Positions 53,616 to 62,749 of a stretch of DNA of 64,000 nt are shown in pieces. The stretch spans positions 6,644 through 70,643 of the IMG/VR virus record IMGVR_UViG_3300013102_000003. One strand, written 5' to 3'. Source of the stretch: a virus. Taxonomy: Duplodnaviria; Heunggongvirae; Uroviricota; Caudoviricetes. The notes under the pieces are model-generated. The model did not search any database. It was not told the origin of the DNA and was given only the letters and a program-made list of their open reading frames with translations. A program made the translations under genes and the position numbers. Numbering within the stretch: the first letter of the stretch is position 1; each line of letters begins with the position of its first letter.

Positions 53616-54119
53616 TTGAAGAACTTTGGTAAGAAGATTGCATCGGTCGCCCTCCTTGGTGCGCTGACTGTCGGCGGACTCTCCGCTTGCTCGACCGTCA
53701 CGGACGAGTATCAGGACCGCAAGGCAGCACAGTCCACCAGCCAGATCACGAACTCGCTGGAGAAGCAGAACCTTGAGAAGAAGCGGGACAAGGAAGAAGA
53801 CTCCAACGCCATCCGCTACGTCTACCTGATGAACTACGGCAACATCACCGGTTTCTACGTCATCAAGGGAAAGGTCTCATCCAGCGGCTCGCAGATCGGC
53901 CCGGAGCAGGAAATCATCAAGCGCTGGAGCGACGGCTACGTGCTGGACTCCGCACAGGATGACGGAACCTACGGTGACGGCGATCCCGGTGTGTTCTTCT
54001 TCACCACGGACGGCATGATGGTTGAGACTTCCCTCGACTACGTGATCTCCGACCGGCCCATGACCCTCGACGTTCCGCGTCTCGGTGGGGCCGCACCGAC
54101 TGATAAAAAGAAGCCATGA
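53616..54119 (+). CDS. Lipoprotein
   Basis: Lipobox GGLSAC. TTG start. Confidence 0.45.
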   Translation: MKNFGKKIASVALLGALTVGGLSACSTVTDEYQDRKAAQSTSQITNSLEKQNLEKKRDKEEDSNAIRYVYLMNYGNITGFYVIKGKVSSSGSQIGPEQEIIKRWSDGYVLDSAQDDGTYGDGDPGVFFFTTDGMMVETSLDYVISDRPMTLDVPRLGGAAPTDKKKP

Positions 54120-54403
54120 AGCGCCTCGTAGCAGGACTTCTCCTGTTGGCTGTCATCTGCTCCATGGCGCTGCTTCTGACCTCATGCTCATCAGAGCCTG
54201 AAGGTAAGAAGTCAAATTACCAAGAGCCTGCACCGGCACCCAAACCTGCACCTGAGTTCTTCCAAGAGAAGTACCAGAAGCTCAAGGACGGGCGCACGGT
54301 TCTCTGCCTCTACCGTGAAGTAGACATCAACGGGTACTCCAATGGAGCCTCACCCACCATGTCATGCGACTGGGACGGCGCAATCATCCATCCCGCCAAA
54401 TAA
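54116..54403 (+). CDS. Lipoprotein/secreted protein
   Basis: Lipobox LLTSCS. ATGA-coupled to the previous gene. Confidence 0.45.
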   Translation: MKRLVAGLLLLAVICSMALLLTSCSSEPEGKKSNYQEPAPAPKPAPEFFQEKYQKLKDGRTVLCLYREVDINGYSNGASPTMSCDWDGAIIHPAK

Positions 54404-54405
54404 GA

Positions 54406-54446
54406 AAAGACCCGATACTCTATACCCAGAGTATCGGGTCTTTCTT
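54406..54446. terminator. Bidirectional terminator between convergent transcription units
   Basis: aagacccgatactct-atacc-cagagtatcgggtctt (15-bp stem), flanked by A-runs and T-runs. Confidence 0.65.
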
Positions 54447-54447
54447 G

Positions 54448-55893
54448 TTAGAAGCGCCTTTGTTGTCGGACAGGGCCGACGTTGCGCGTACGACCGCTTC
54501 CCAAGCCCGTAGGAAGCTTTCTGCCAGCCGCAGACTGTGCAGAGTACCTGCCAGCCCTCAGGCCCGGTGGAGGGCTTAGAATGGCCGCGTAGACGCCCCA
54601 GACCATGGCATCCATTCGGTCAGGTGAGAAGCGAGATGTCTCGGGATCGAAGTACAGACACTGCTCCATGAGTTCCGCCATCATTCCGTTGAACCTCACA
54701 CGCTCCTGCTGCATGGCCACGACGACCGGCTCAGCACGAGTCTGCTTGCCCTTGGTCGCCACGACGGGGAACGTCTTCAGGGACTCGTCAAGGGCTGTCA
54801 GGGCCATTGACACCAGAGCGCCGCCTTGGTTCTTCTCATAGACTACGAACTTGGTGTTCCAGCGTGCCGCTGCATCAACAACGACCTTGGACCACACGTC
54901 AGGACCGGCCTTGACAGAACAGTCCTCAAGGACGTAGACTGTTCTCTTAGTTAGATCACGCTCCTGCGTGACACCCATGACCATGATGCCGCATTCGTCA
55001 GTTGGAGTCTCCGACACGGACGGGTCAACGGCTACGAAACGGAGAGGCATGTATGGAGTTTCCCCGGATTCATCCAAAGCCTTGTCCAGCATCTCAGTGG
55101 TGAAGACAAGGCCTTCCTGATCTTCAAGCATCTGACCGTCAAGCTCCTGCTTGGCAAGATCGGAGTTACCGTACTGGCCCACAAGGTTGTCGATGTAGTT
55201 CTTGGAGAGGGAGGTGTTGTCGAACGTGGAACCGGTGATGATCTTGATACGTCGCTGGGGATCTTTCGCATCCTCCATCAGGTTCTTCATGACCTTCGTA
55301 CGCTTAGGCGTGGTCGCAAGAAGAAGCTGAGGGTTGTCACCCAGACGGGTGGCGGCTACGAGGTTGGAGAACAGGGTGGCTCCAGATGAGTCCACCGTGG
55401 TCTTCCACGCCGCAAACTCGTCACCTACACCATAATGGAACTGGGGTCCACGGGCACCGTCAGGGCTTTCGGAGGACAGCAGCAGGGCTGTTGACTGCTT
55501 GCCATCCACTTCAGGCCAAATGAGGGACGTGGTGGAGGGCTTGTATTCCGGCCTCTCGTGCGGGGCATGTACTGCCAGCACTCCGGACTCACCCATAATC
55601 ATGGTGTTACGAACGTCAGCCACGGTACGGGCGGCAATGGCGATACGACAGCCCGGATGTTCCAGCGCCTTGCGCCTGATCCACTGGGATGCTGTCAGAG
55701 TCTTACCAAAACCACGGCCAGCGACAAGGGCCGTGATGAACCAGTCGCCGTCCGGAATCTTCTGCTCAGGTCGAAGCCAGAAGTTGGCATCGTAGTTGAG
55801 CTTTTCGTAGTCTGCTGGGGTATAATCTTTGAAGATTTCGGCCTGCTCTTCAGGAGACAGGCTCGCAATTTCTTCAGCTAGGGATTTTGCCAT
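54448..55893 (-). CDS. terL: Terminase large subunit
   Basis: Walker A FITALVAGRGFGKT near the N-terminus, with a downstream nuclease-like acidic region. 481 aa on the - strand. Confidence 0.65.
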   Translation of the reverse strand: MAKSLAEEIASLSPEEQAEIFKDYTPADYEKLNYDANFWLRPEQKIPDGDWFITALVAGRGFGKTLTASQWIRRKALEHPGCRIAIAARTVADVRNTMIMGESGVLAVHAPHERPEYKPSTTSLIWPEVDGKQSTALLLSSESPDGARGPQFHYGVGDEFAAWKTTVDSSGATLFSNLVAATRLGDNPQLLLATTPKRTKVMKNLMEDAKDPQRRIKIITGSTFDNTSLSKNYIDNLVGQYGNSDLAKQELDGQMLEDQEGLVFTTEMLDKALDESGETPYMPLRFVAVDPSVSETPTDECGIMVMGVTQERDLTKRTVYVLEDCSVKAGPDVWSKVVVDAAARWNTKFVVYEKNQGGALVSMALTALDESLKTFPVVATKGKQTRAEPVVVAMQQERVRFNGMMAELMEQCLYFDPETSRFSPDRMDAMVWGVYAAILSPPPGLRAGRYSAQSAAGRKLPTGLGSGRTRNVGPVRQQRRF

Positions 55894-56161
55894 TCAGTGG
55901 CCTCTCGGGTAGTTTGCTTTCGGCCAACGCCCAAGGGTATACTGTCAGGACTTCGGTTTTCACACCGAGATCTCGTTGATGTGCGTCAGTCTGGTCCCGT
56001 AGATCCACGGGAATGTTGGTAGGAGTTGACTCAGTGACCGTAAAGTGGTATTCTGAATCAGGAAAGTAACCGGCAGCTACGCGTGCTGCGATTTCTTCAG
56101 CGCGTGTGGAGTCGGTCAGCACCAGTACGGCACCGGCAAAGTCATTTGTTAGAGTTGTCAT
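55874..56161 (-). CDS. Hypothetical protein upstream of terminase (possible small terminase subunit)
   Basis: 95 aa, translationally coupled to terL. No motif. Confidence 0.35.
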   Translation of the reverse strand: MTTLTNDFAGAVLVLTDSTRAEEIAARVAAGYFPDSEYHFTVTESTPTNIPVDLRDQTDAHQRDLGVKTEVLTVYPWALAESKLPERPLNGKIPS

Positions 56162-56166
56162 ACTCT

Positions 56167-56175
56167 ATTATACCA
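56167..56175 (-). promoter_or_regulatory. -10 element (TGgTATAAT on minus strand) for terminase operon
   Basis: Reverse complement of 56161-56186 reads …ttatggtataatagagta, the same consensus as the + strand promoters. Confidence 0.5.
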
Positions 56176-56211
56176 TAATTAGCACGTTTTACCAATCAAA
56201 AGGAGAAATAC

Positions 56212-56643
56212 TTGGAGAACAAAGAAGCACACCTCAGTAATGTCAAGCGAATCATCGAAAACGCACAGGGCTGGATGGGTGTCCAGCCTGCGCTTGCTGA
56301 CATCGACAGGAGCTACCTGTTGATCCCCAAGGCCATTCTCCCCGTCATTGGCACCAACGGCACCACCTCTCTGATCTACGTCAACGAAACTTCCGGCAAT
56401 GGCGACCCGGCTGTGATGCGGAAAATGGCCTATGAGTATCTTGCCTTGGCCGAACACGTGGACCGGAAGAAGGAAATCGAGGCAGCAGCCAAGCTCAAGG
56501 AACGGCAGTACGAAGCATTCAAGATGCTCTACCCGACCTCCGCGCTCTCGGTCCGTGACTTCACCTACGGAGCACTGATCGAGGCCGAGAAGCGAGCCAT
56601 TGACGTTATTTCGAACCTGCTGCACAAGATTGACAACCAGTAA
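56212..56643 (+). CDS. Hypothetical protein (143 aa)
   Basis: RBS aaaggagaaatacTTG. Divergent from the terminase unit. Confidence 0.4.
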   Translation: MENKEAHLSNVKRIIENAQGWMGVQPALADIDRSYLLIPKAILPVIGTNGTTSLIYVNETSGNGDPAVMRKMAYEYLALAEHVDRKKEIEAAAKLKERQYEAFKMLYPTSALSVRDFTYGALIEAEKRAIDVISNLLHKIDNQ

Positions 56644-56696
56644 CGGTTGACGTAAGCTTGTTCCAACAGCCAAACAAGATATACCAAAAGGAGAAT

Positions 56697-56903
56697 ATGA
56701 AGGTCATCACGAAGAGCGAAGCAATGGAAGCTCTTAAGAAGGTCAGTCGGGGTGACGAGCGGTACTCCATCGTTGGAGAGCCGGAGCACTTGGTAAATCA
56801 GGTCAGCGTTTTCTTTGTCCGCGTCTGGGACGGCGAGGAAGTCAACTGGGATTACGTCATGTTCAACAAGAAGGATGGAAAGGTAAACGTTTATGAAGGG
56901 TAA
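56697..56903 (+). CDS. Hypothetical protein (68 aa)
   Basis: Strong RBS aaaaggagaat then ATG 56697. The track start at 56658 is too long. Confidence 0.4.
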   Translation: MKVITKSEAMEALKKVSRGDERYSIVGEPEHLVNQVSVFFVRVWDGEEVNWDYVMFNKKDGKVNVYEG

Positions 56904-56974
56904 GCACCGCGAGACAGGGCTGGATGTGCTGGAAGAAATTTTGGATTTGTTTTTCGACAACGGAGAGGTAGACT

Positions 56975-57346
56975 GTGGCGCGTAGCTTTACAGATGAACT
57001 GACAATTGACCCGGAGACTGGGCTTCCTGCCCTGCCGGATGGTCTTGCTTGGAGGGTCCGGTCAATCGGATCAAGCACACTCACAGTCGAGTTGGTGGTA
57101 CGGCGTGAACACCAGACCTTCTGGAAGAAGCTCTTCGGGGTAGAGCCACGGGTTACATGGGAAGATGTCACGTGGGAAGAGACAAAGGGCGCGGACTCAT
57201 ACACCTACATCTACAGTGATGAACCTACCAAGCAGGACGTTCTCGACGCTGCCACCAAGATCTACGGGTTCGTCTACTCAAGGCATCAGAGCAATCAGGT
57301 CATGGAAGACCTCGTTGGCCTCTACCCGCCGAAATCAGTCCTGTGA
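56975..57346 (+). CDS. Paralog family A member (ETGLPxLPxGLxWRV … LYPPKSVL)
   Basis: N-terminal DPETGLPALPDGLAWRV and C-terminal LVGLYPPKSVL. Confidence 0.5.
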   Translation: MARSFTDELTIDPETGLPALPDGLAWRVRSIGSSTLTVELVVRREHQTFWKKLFGVEPRVTWEDVTWEETKGADSYTYIYSDEPTKQDVLDAATKIYGFVYSRHQSNQVMEDLVGLYPPKSVL

Positions 57347-57894
57347 GCGCGAGTGAAGAGATCGTCATCGATCCGGCTACGGGCCTGCCGGAACTCCCTG
57401 AAGGGTTGTTCTGGCGGGTAGGGGACTTCGCCCGTTCGTACGCGTCGGGCGGCTGGTCAAGGGGCAGCGGGGGTCTCCTTCCCGGAATCGGCATCATGAG
57501 GTGGGAGTATGTCAAGAAGGCAGTCACGACCCCCATCTATGGTACGCGCTGGTACAATAAGAAGACCGTCGTGGAGTACGATATTGACTACACGACCGAA
57601 AAGGAGGCCCAGACTGTCCGGGCCGCACTCTTCACCGGCCACACGGCCTACTCGAAGACGGAGATACCCTCCATCGGATACGAGACCGGCTCCATGAGCA
57701 TGCACGGCAAGACCACCGAGTGGAACTACGAGATTCCGGTGACCCGAGAGGGTACACTCTGGCTTGCAGAAAAACTCCTGAAGGCTTACACGGCAAGCGA
57801 ACTGTATTGGAAGAAGTACAACGAAGGCGAAGAGGCAAAGAAAAAGATGCGTGACGAAATCTACGGGGACTACCCGCCCAAGACGATTTTGTAA
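57343..57894 (+). CDS. Paralog family A member
   Basis: DPATGLPELPEGLFWRV … IYGDYPPKTIL. Overlapping start. Confidence 0.5.
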   Translation: MSASEEIVIDPATGLPELPEGLFWRVGDFARSYASGGWSRGSGGLLPGIGIMRWEYVKKAVTTPIYGTRWYNKKTVVEYDIDYTTEKEAQTVRAALFTGHTAYSKTEIPSIGYETGSMSMHGKTTEWNYEIPVTREGTLWLAEKLLKAYTASELYWKKYNEGEEAKKKMRDEIYGDYPPKTIL

Positions 57895-57942
57895 GCACCC
57901 TTACAGTATGGTACAATAGAGGTTCACCGATTGGAGAATCAT

Positions 57943-58107
57943 ATGACTACCACTGGCGCAATTATTGCACTAATTCTAGGCATCCTGATCCTGTCCTTCT
58001 GGGCTGTCCACATTCTTCTCACCATCCTCGGATGGGTTTTGATTGTGGTGGGCGCGGTATGGCTGGTTCGAATCCTACTAGGTAACCGTAAACGAAGCGA
58101 CCTATAA
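57943..58107 (+). CDS. Small hydrophobic membrane peptide (54 aa), not in track
   Basis: Promoter tatggtacaatagagg, RBS ggaga, two TM segments, own terminator at 58118-58159. Confidence 0.4.
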   Translation: MTTTGAIIALILGILILSFWAVHILLTILGWVLIVVGAVWLVRILLGNRKRSDL

Positions 58108-58117
58108 GTGAACGAAG

Positions 58118-58159
58118 GTGGCCCTGTCTCAGTATATGAGGCGGGGCCACTTGCTTTTG
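58118..58159 (+). terminator. Rho-independent terminator
   Basis: gtggccc-N19-gggccac followed by ttgcttttg. Confidence 0.5.
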
Positions 58160-58214
58160 TCGGTACGGAGTGCTATACTGTATCTGATAACCAACCAATA
58201 GAAAGACAACACAC

Positions 58215-58391
58215 TTGAACGCTACGACCGTTTTCTCCATCCTGCTCAACATCTCCGCAACCATCTGCATCCTCTTCGCCGTCCCCATCGTCATGCCCGT
58301 CGTATCACTTCTGGGAACCCTGCTGCTCATCTTTGGCATCCTGTTCGCCCTCGGAACACTGGCACAGATCTGGACCGCATACAGTACCTAA
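58215..58391 (+). CDS. Small hydrophobic membrane peptide (58 aa), not in track
   Basis: TTG start, two TM segments, followed by a terminator at 58395-58419. Confidence 0.35.
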   Translation: MNATTVFSILLNISATICILFAVPIVMPVVSLLGTLLLIFGILFALGTLAQIWTAYST

Positions 58392-58394
58392 GAA

Positions 58395-58419
58395 AAAGGC
58401 CTTCTCTGAGGGCCTTTTC
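58395..58419 (+). terminator. Rho-independent terminator
   Basis: aaaggcc-ttctctga-ggccttt followed by tcg. Confidence 0.5.
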
Positions 58420-58498
58420 GCGTTGACAGGGGGAACTACATTCGTGTAAGTTAGAGACATCAACCAAGCACCATCAACGGAAGGTCTCAAACAATTTC

Positions 58499-59185
58499 AT
58501 GCTTTCAGCAGTAAAAGGGTTCCTGAAGCGAATCTTCGGAGCCGACAAAACCACGACCATTGCAGTTCCACCACCGGAGAATACAGGATTCTCCATCGGC
58601 CATCCGTGGCCCTTTCCCTCACCTGAACCGCCCAACCCGGAGTACCTTGTAGGAGAACTGATCAAGGGAGTCGAGAAGGAGGGTGACCACGTTTTCTTCT
58701 TCTGGGGAGATCAGAAACGTCGCCACCTCCGCACCACTCGGGGCACCGAAACAGTGCTGGCCCGACACATCGTCTGGTGGATGGAAGGCCGGAAGGTCCC
58801 TGCCATGGCGAACGGCCTCACGACGAACTGCGGGGAGCAGAAATGCATCAAGCTCTCCCACCTGATCCTGAAGATGCCACAGACCGTCTACGGCCCGGAG
58901 AAGCCACTTCCCAAGGCAACCCACGTCGCCAAGAAGAAGCAGCCCCCGCTTCCGCCCAAGCTGGAGAAGTTCGCCAGTGAGAACCGGCAAAAATGTATTA
59001 CCCGCAAGGCATACTTTGAAACGGAGAGTCAGGCCGCAGCGTTTGCCCGACAGTTGAACAAGCCTGAGGTTCGAGGCAAGGGACGGCGGCAATACACTTA
59101 CCCTTGCACTCAGGGTTGTGGTGGTTTCCACCTGACCAAGCACAACCCGAAGAAGTTCAACGAGAAGAGAGTAGGCTCTTGGTGA
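58499..59185 (+). CDS. HNH endonuclease (HNH_3-like)
   Basis: …ARHIVWWMEGRKVPAMANGLTTNCGEQKCIKLSHL… matches the H-N-H beta-beta-alpha core. The C-terminal half is basic. Confidence 0.5.
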   Translation: MLSAVKGFLKRIFGADKTTTIAVPPPENTGFSIGHPWPFPSPEPPNPEYLVGELIKGVEKEGDHVFFFWGDQKRRHLRTTRGTETVLARHIVWWMEGRKVPAMANGLTTNCGEQKCIKLSHLILKMPQTVYGPEKPLPKATHVAKKKQPPLPPKLEKFASENRQKCITRKAYFETESQAAAFARQLNKPEVRGKGRRQYTYPCTQGCGGFHLTKHNPKKFNEKRVGSW

Positions 59186-59397
59186 GCAAGAAGAAAACCA
59201 TCATCCGTACCCTCAGATGGCACACGGATACCGGATCGTACCTCAATGGTGAATGGTACACGGCCATGGCAACCTGTGGCTGTGGCTGGGAGAAGGAATG
59301 TTCCGACAAGGACACAGCCTCCGAGTTGTATGCCAAGCATGTATACGCTATGATTAAGAAAGCGCTGAAGCAGCGAAAGCTTATTCGCAGCCTCTAA
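59182..59397 (+). CDS. Hypothetical Cys-containing protein (71 aa)
   Basis: GTG start overlapping the upstream stop. CGCGWEKEC. Confidence 0.3.
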   Translation: MSKKKTIIRTLRWHTDTGSYLNGEWYTAMATCGCGWEKECSDKDTASELYAKHVYAMIKKALKQRKLIRSL

Positions 59398-59434
59398 CGG
59401 CTGATTAGATAAAATCAAACGAAAAGGACTTAGT

Positions 59435-59707
59435 ATGGAAATCGACAAGACACAGCTTACGCACGACGTAGCCGCCAAGATCTGGGAGGCTGAGGACCCG
59501 TTCGGGTTCAAGGGTCCGCTGGAGGCTCAGGAAAAGATCGTGCAGTTCAACCTCAAGATGCGGGTCCTTCCGGTCCTTGTACAGGTTCTGCCTGTCGCGG
59601 AAACCCACGTCAAGGACAAGATCCGCTCAATCATCTCGCGGGGCCACAGCCTTGGGCTGAGCGCCGATATGATCCTGCTGGATCTGAGCACGGAGTTGGG
59701 AGAATGA
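59435..59707 (+). CDS. Hypothetical protein (90 aa)
   Basis: RBS aaaggacttagtATG. Confidence 0.4.
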   Translation: MEIDKTQLTHDVAAKIWEAEDPFGFKGPLEAQEKIVQFNLKMRVLPVLVQVLPVAETHVKDKIRSIISRGHSLGLSADMILLDLSTELGE

Positions 59708-59788
59708 TGACTCGGATTGCTTTCCTTCTTCTCGACTTTGTGGTAGCGTTGGGGCTATCAGCATAGAAAACTAACAGAAAGGTTCGTC

Positions 59789-60031
59789 ATGGCAAAGATG
59801 TACGGCAAGTTCGTTGCAGCCCACCAGAACTCCAAAGGCTGGACCAAGGCGGCAATGCGCCATGACGAAGAGCGTCAGATCGCCAAGGACGTAGAGGCTG
59901 AGGGAGAGTGGAAACAGGACTGCCCTCACGGACTGTCCACCGCTGACCAGATAGCTGGACGCAACGCCTGCCACGAGTGCTGGCACCTTGCACGCGGACT
60001 CGACCCCTACACGGAGGATTACGATGGCTAG
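59789..60031 (+). CDS. Cys/His-rich small protein
   Basis: CPHG…ACHECWH motifs. RBS aaaggttcgtcATG. Confidence 0.4.
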   Translation: MAKMYGKFVAAHQNSKGWTKAAMRHDEERQIAKDVEAEGEWKQDCPHGLSTADQIAGRNACHECWHLARGLDPYTEDYDG

Positions 60032-60317
60032 AATGATTGGGAAGTCCCAGTGGCACCCGCAGTGCCCGTATGGATGCTGTCGTGGATGGAAAGATAAGAC
60101 CACCACCAAGCAGCAGGAGAAAACCCAGTGGACTGCTGAGGCAGCAGATGAACTCTACGACGAGCGCGACGAGCGTCACGCCCGAGGTATCTGCTTCGAC
60201 CCGAAGACCAAGATGTACGGGTGTGACTACTGCTACGACAGCACAGACTACTTCGACGCCTCAGAGCTTGATGGCATCAAGGGAGTCTGGACGGACACGG
60301 CTAGGCTGATCTACTGA
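60024..60317 (+). CDS. Cys-rich small protein, MARMIG paralog 1
   Basis: MARMIGKSQWHPQCPYGCC…GICFDP…GCDYCYD. Start is taken from alignment with paralog 2. Confidence 0.45.
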   Translation: MARMIGKSQWHPQCPYGCCRGWKDKTTTKQQEKTQWTAEAADELYDERDERHARGICFDPKTKMYGCDYCYDSTDYFDASELDGIKGVWTDTARLIY

Positions 60318-60583
60318 TGGCTAGGATGATCGGAATGTCCGGTGGACGACGATTCACCTGTGGATGCTGTGACTGGTCCAAAGGAAAACGTGGTGTCAAG
60401 GCTGATGAAGACCGGATATGGCGTACCGAGGCCGACGAGGAAATCAACTTTACCGATGTAGAGCGACACATCGGTGCCGGTGGTTACTGCTGCATGGCAT
60501 GTCGGGACGAATACACTGGTGCCCTTGGCACACCTGAAGACCTAGAAGGGATCGAGGGAGTCACGTATGGCGGCAGCGCCTAA
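60317..60583 (+). CDS. Cys-rich small protein, MARMIG paralog 2
   Basis: MARMIGMSGGRRFTCGCCDW…GGYCCMACRDEY. Confidence 0.45.
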   Translation: MARMIGMSGGRRFTCGCCDWSKGKRGVKADEDRIWRTEADEEINFTDVERHIGAGGYCCMACRDEYTGALGTPEDLEGIEGVTYGGSA

Positions 60584-60806
60584 GATCGACCTCACAGCAC
60601 ACTCTGGCTGGTGCATGAAGTGGCCTCTAAGCGCCTATAATACGGCAGAACATGACGGGTGCCCCGAGCACTTCGCCACGCGCTCCTGTGCCTGCACATG
60701 CGGGCACAAGGGTAGCCGTACACTGGAGAGCCGTGATATAGTACGGTATGAAGTAGCAAAGCCCAAGACAAAGAAAGAGGAAAAGACAGATGACGAAGAA
60801 ACTTGA
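60567..60806 (+). CDS. Cys/His-rich small protein
   Basis: GCPEHFATRSCACTCGHKG. Confidence 0.4.
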   Translation: MAAAPKIDLTAHSGWCMKWPLSAYNTAEHDGCPEHFATRSCACTCGHKGSRTLESRDIVRYEVAKPKTKKEEKTDDEET

Positions 60807-61149
60807 TCCACACGGAAAAGCGCTGGACCTGCTGCTGGAAGAGCGGGACGATCTGGAGGATGCGCTCAAGGATGTCAAGCCCAAGATCAACGAACTGCAA
60901 CGGTGCTACCAGACAGGAGACATGCCCGGATACAACCTCAGGGTGGCACTCTGGGGCGGCAACATCTCCCAGTTGACCAAGATCCGCAACGACCTGCAAC
61001 AACAGTTCAGCAGCGTCGAGGCGACCCGCAGACTCCTGAAGGAGGACCGAGCCGAGCAGCTACAGGACGCGTGGGATGAAGAGCAGTACATCCTCGAAGC
61101 CACTTCCGGCCCGTGCAGCAAGACCGTCCTGCCGTGCGGGTGCTGGTAG
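60790..61149 (+). CDS. Hypothetical protein (119 aa)
   Basis: Coupled start. The C-terminus ends CSKTVLPCGCW. Confidence 0.4.
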   Translation: MTKKLDPHGKALDLLLEERDDLEDALKDVKPKINELQRCYQTGDMPGYNLRVALWGGNISQLTKIRNDLQQQFSSVEATRRLLKEDRAEQLQDAWDEEQYILEATSGPCSKTVLPCGCW

Positions 61150-61215
61150 CTTGACATCCCTAGTGGAGTGGGCTAGTCTTAGACTATCGGAACAACCACT
61201 TCATAAGGAGGAACC

Positions 61216-61635
61216 ATGGAAATCGCAATCGGAATCATCCTGCTCATCTCCAATCTGGTGATGGCGCACCGGCTGGGGCAACTCAAGCCGCCCAGACAAT
61301 ACAGGGATGCCTACGAACTGGAGGCCCCCAAGGCGCACCGGCTGGTCCGGACGTGGATCGAACCCGACCCGATAGACGGAGGCCTACCCGGCTGGCGCTT
61401 CCTTTGCACCTGCGGCACCCAAGGCATGGCGACCAACATCAAGGACAGGGTTCTCGGGAGTGAAGAGAACGTTGTCAAGCAGTTCAGCGGACACGCCGCG
61501 CTGTTCGCCTCAGTCAACGAGGACGGCTGGAAGCAGCGCTACGACAAGCTCAAGGCCATGTTTGATTGGTACGTCGAAACGTGCTACTGTAAGGACACAA
61601 ACAACGACCTCATCGAATGGAGGAACAAGCAATGA
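61216..61635 (+). CDS. Hypothetical protein (139 aa)
   Basis: Strong RBS aaggaggaaccATG. Confidence 0.45.
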   Translation: MEIAIGIILLISNLVMAHRLGQLKPPRQYRDAYELEAPKAHRLVRTWIEPDPIDGGLPGWRFLCTCGTQGMATNIKDRVLGSEENVVKQFSGHAALFASVNEDGWKQRYDKLKAMFDWYVETCYCKDTNNDLIEWRNKQ

Positions 61636-61751
61636 TCGGACTCTGGTTCATCATTATCGCGCAGTTCGCGGTGATCGTCTGGCTGGTCTACGACAAGCTC
61701 AAGAAAAGCCCGCCCAGCCGTGGACACGGAGTAAGCAGTGAGGGCGACTGA
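61632..61751 (+). CDS. Small membrane peptide (39 aa), not in track
   Basis: ATGA-coupled. Single TM segment LWFIIIAQFAVIVWLV. Confidence 0.3.
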   Translation: MIGLWFIIIAQFAVIVWLVYDKLKKSPPSRGHGVSSEGD

Positions 61752-61894
61752 TGCTGAAGAACGGGAAGAACGCGCCCAACAAACTCCACAACAACGGCTG
61801 CTCCTGCTGCAACACCAAACAGGAGCGCCGTGTCGTACGAAAGATTGCACGACTCAAGGAAAAACTACGATGGAAGAGAGACCAACAGCTTGAC

Positions 61895-62447
61895 AAAGAT
61901 TGACGAAACAACAGGCCTGCCAGCACTCCCGCATGACATGTTTTGGCGGGTCACCGAAGTGAAGCTCAGTACCCGATACGGCGAAGCGAAGAGTGTCGGG
62001 GCGGTGGAGATCTCGCTGATGCAGAAATACACCACGGTCACCAAGGCCTACGAAGACTACCGCTTCCGTAGAAACGGCTTCTGGAAGCGTATGTGGACCG
62101 GAGAGACAAATACGAAGGAAAACTACACTGTCCCGGAGAAGACCGAGGACAACGTGAGGCGGGTAAGCTACTACAACATGCTCTCGGACACGTCACAAGA
62201 GCCTAAAGACATGTCAGGATGGGCCGAGCACACTTACACCGGCTACAGCAGCGGCAACACCCACAAGCGCTACTACAAGGTGACCCCGGCAACCCCGGAA
62301 AATCTTCTGGAAGCTGCCATCGACACACTGAAGCACTACCTCGACCTCCAGCACGCAGAGGCCCTGAATGAGGACCGCCAGCGTGAGCTTGACCGGATTC
62401 TCGGAGACTACCCACCCAAGTCGCTCAAGGATCTGGTGGACGCGTGA
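61895..62447 (+). CDS. Paralog family A member
   Basis: TTG 61895 gives MTKIDETTGLPALPHDMFWRV…ILGDYPPKSL, aligned with the other family members. The track start at 61830 is too long. Confidence 0.45.
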
Positions 62448-62749
62448 GCATGGAAATTGACGAGCGCACCGGCCTTCCCAAGCTTCCCGATTGGCACTTC
62501 TGGCATGTAGGCCGACGTGACAGGGCTGGAGATTACCGGTTCTCCCTGAGAGTCGGCTGGACGCGGTGGTTCAGCAGTGAACTGAGCCATGCATGGATCT
62601 ACGACAGGCTGACCGAAGACAAGATCAGGTCAAAGGCCGAATCCCTTTACGTTGACTGGGAAAAGAAAACAGCCCATGCCAAGGAAGCCGCACGTCTCGT
62701 CGGCAGCTACCCTCCCAAGACACTCAACAAGAAGAAGGATACAGTATGA
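62444..62749 (+). CDS. Paralog family A member (short form)
   Basis: MSMEIDERTGLPKLPDWHFWHV…LVGSYPPKTL. Confidence 0.45.
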   Translation: MSMEIDERTGLPKLPDWHFWHVGRRDRAGDYRFSLRVGWTRWFSSELSHAWIYDRLTEDKIRSKAESLYVDWEKKTAHAKEAARLVGSYPPKTLNKKKDTV

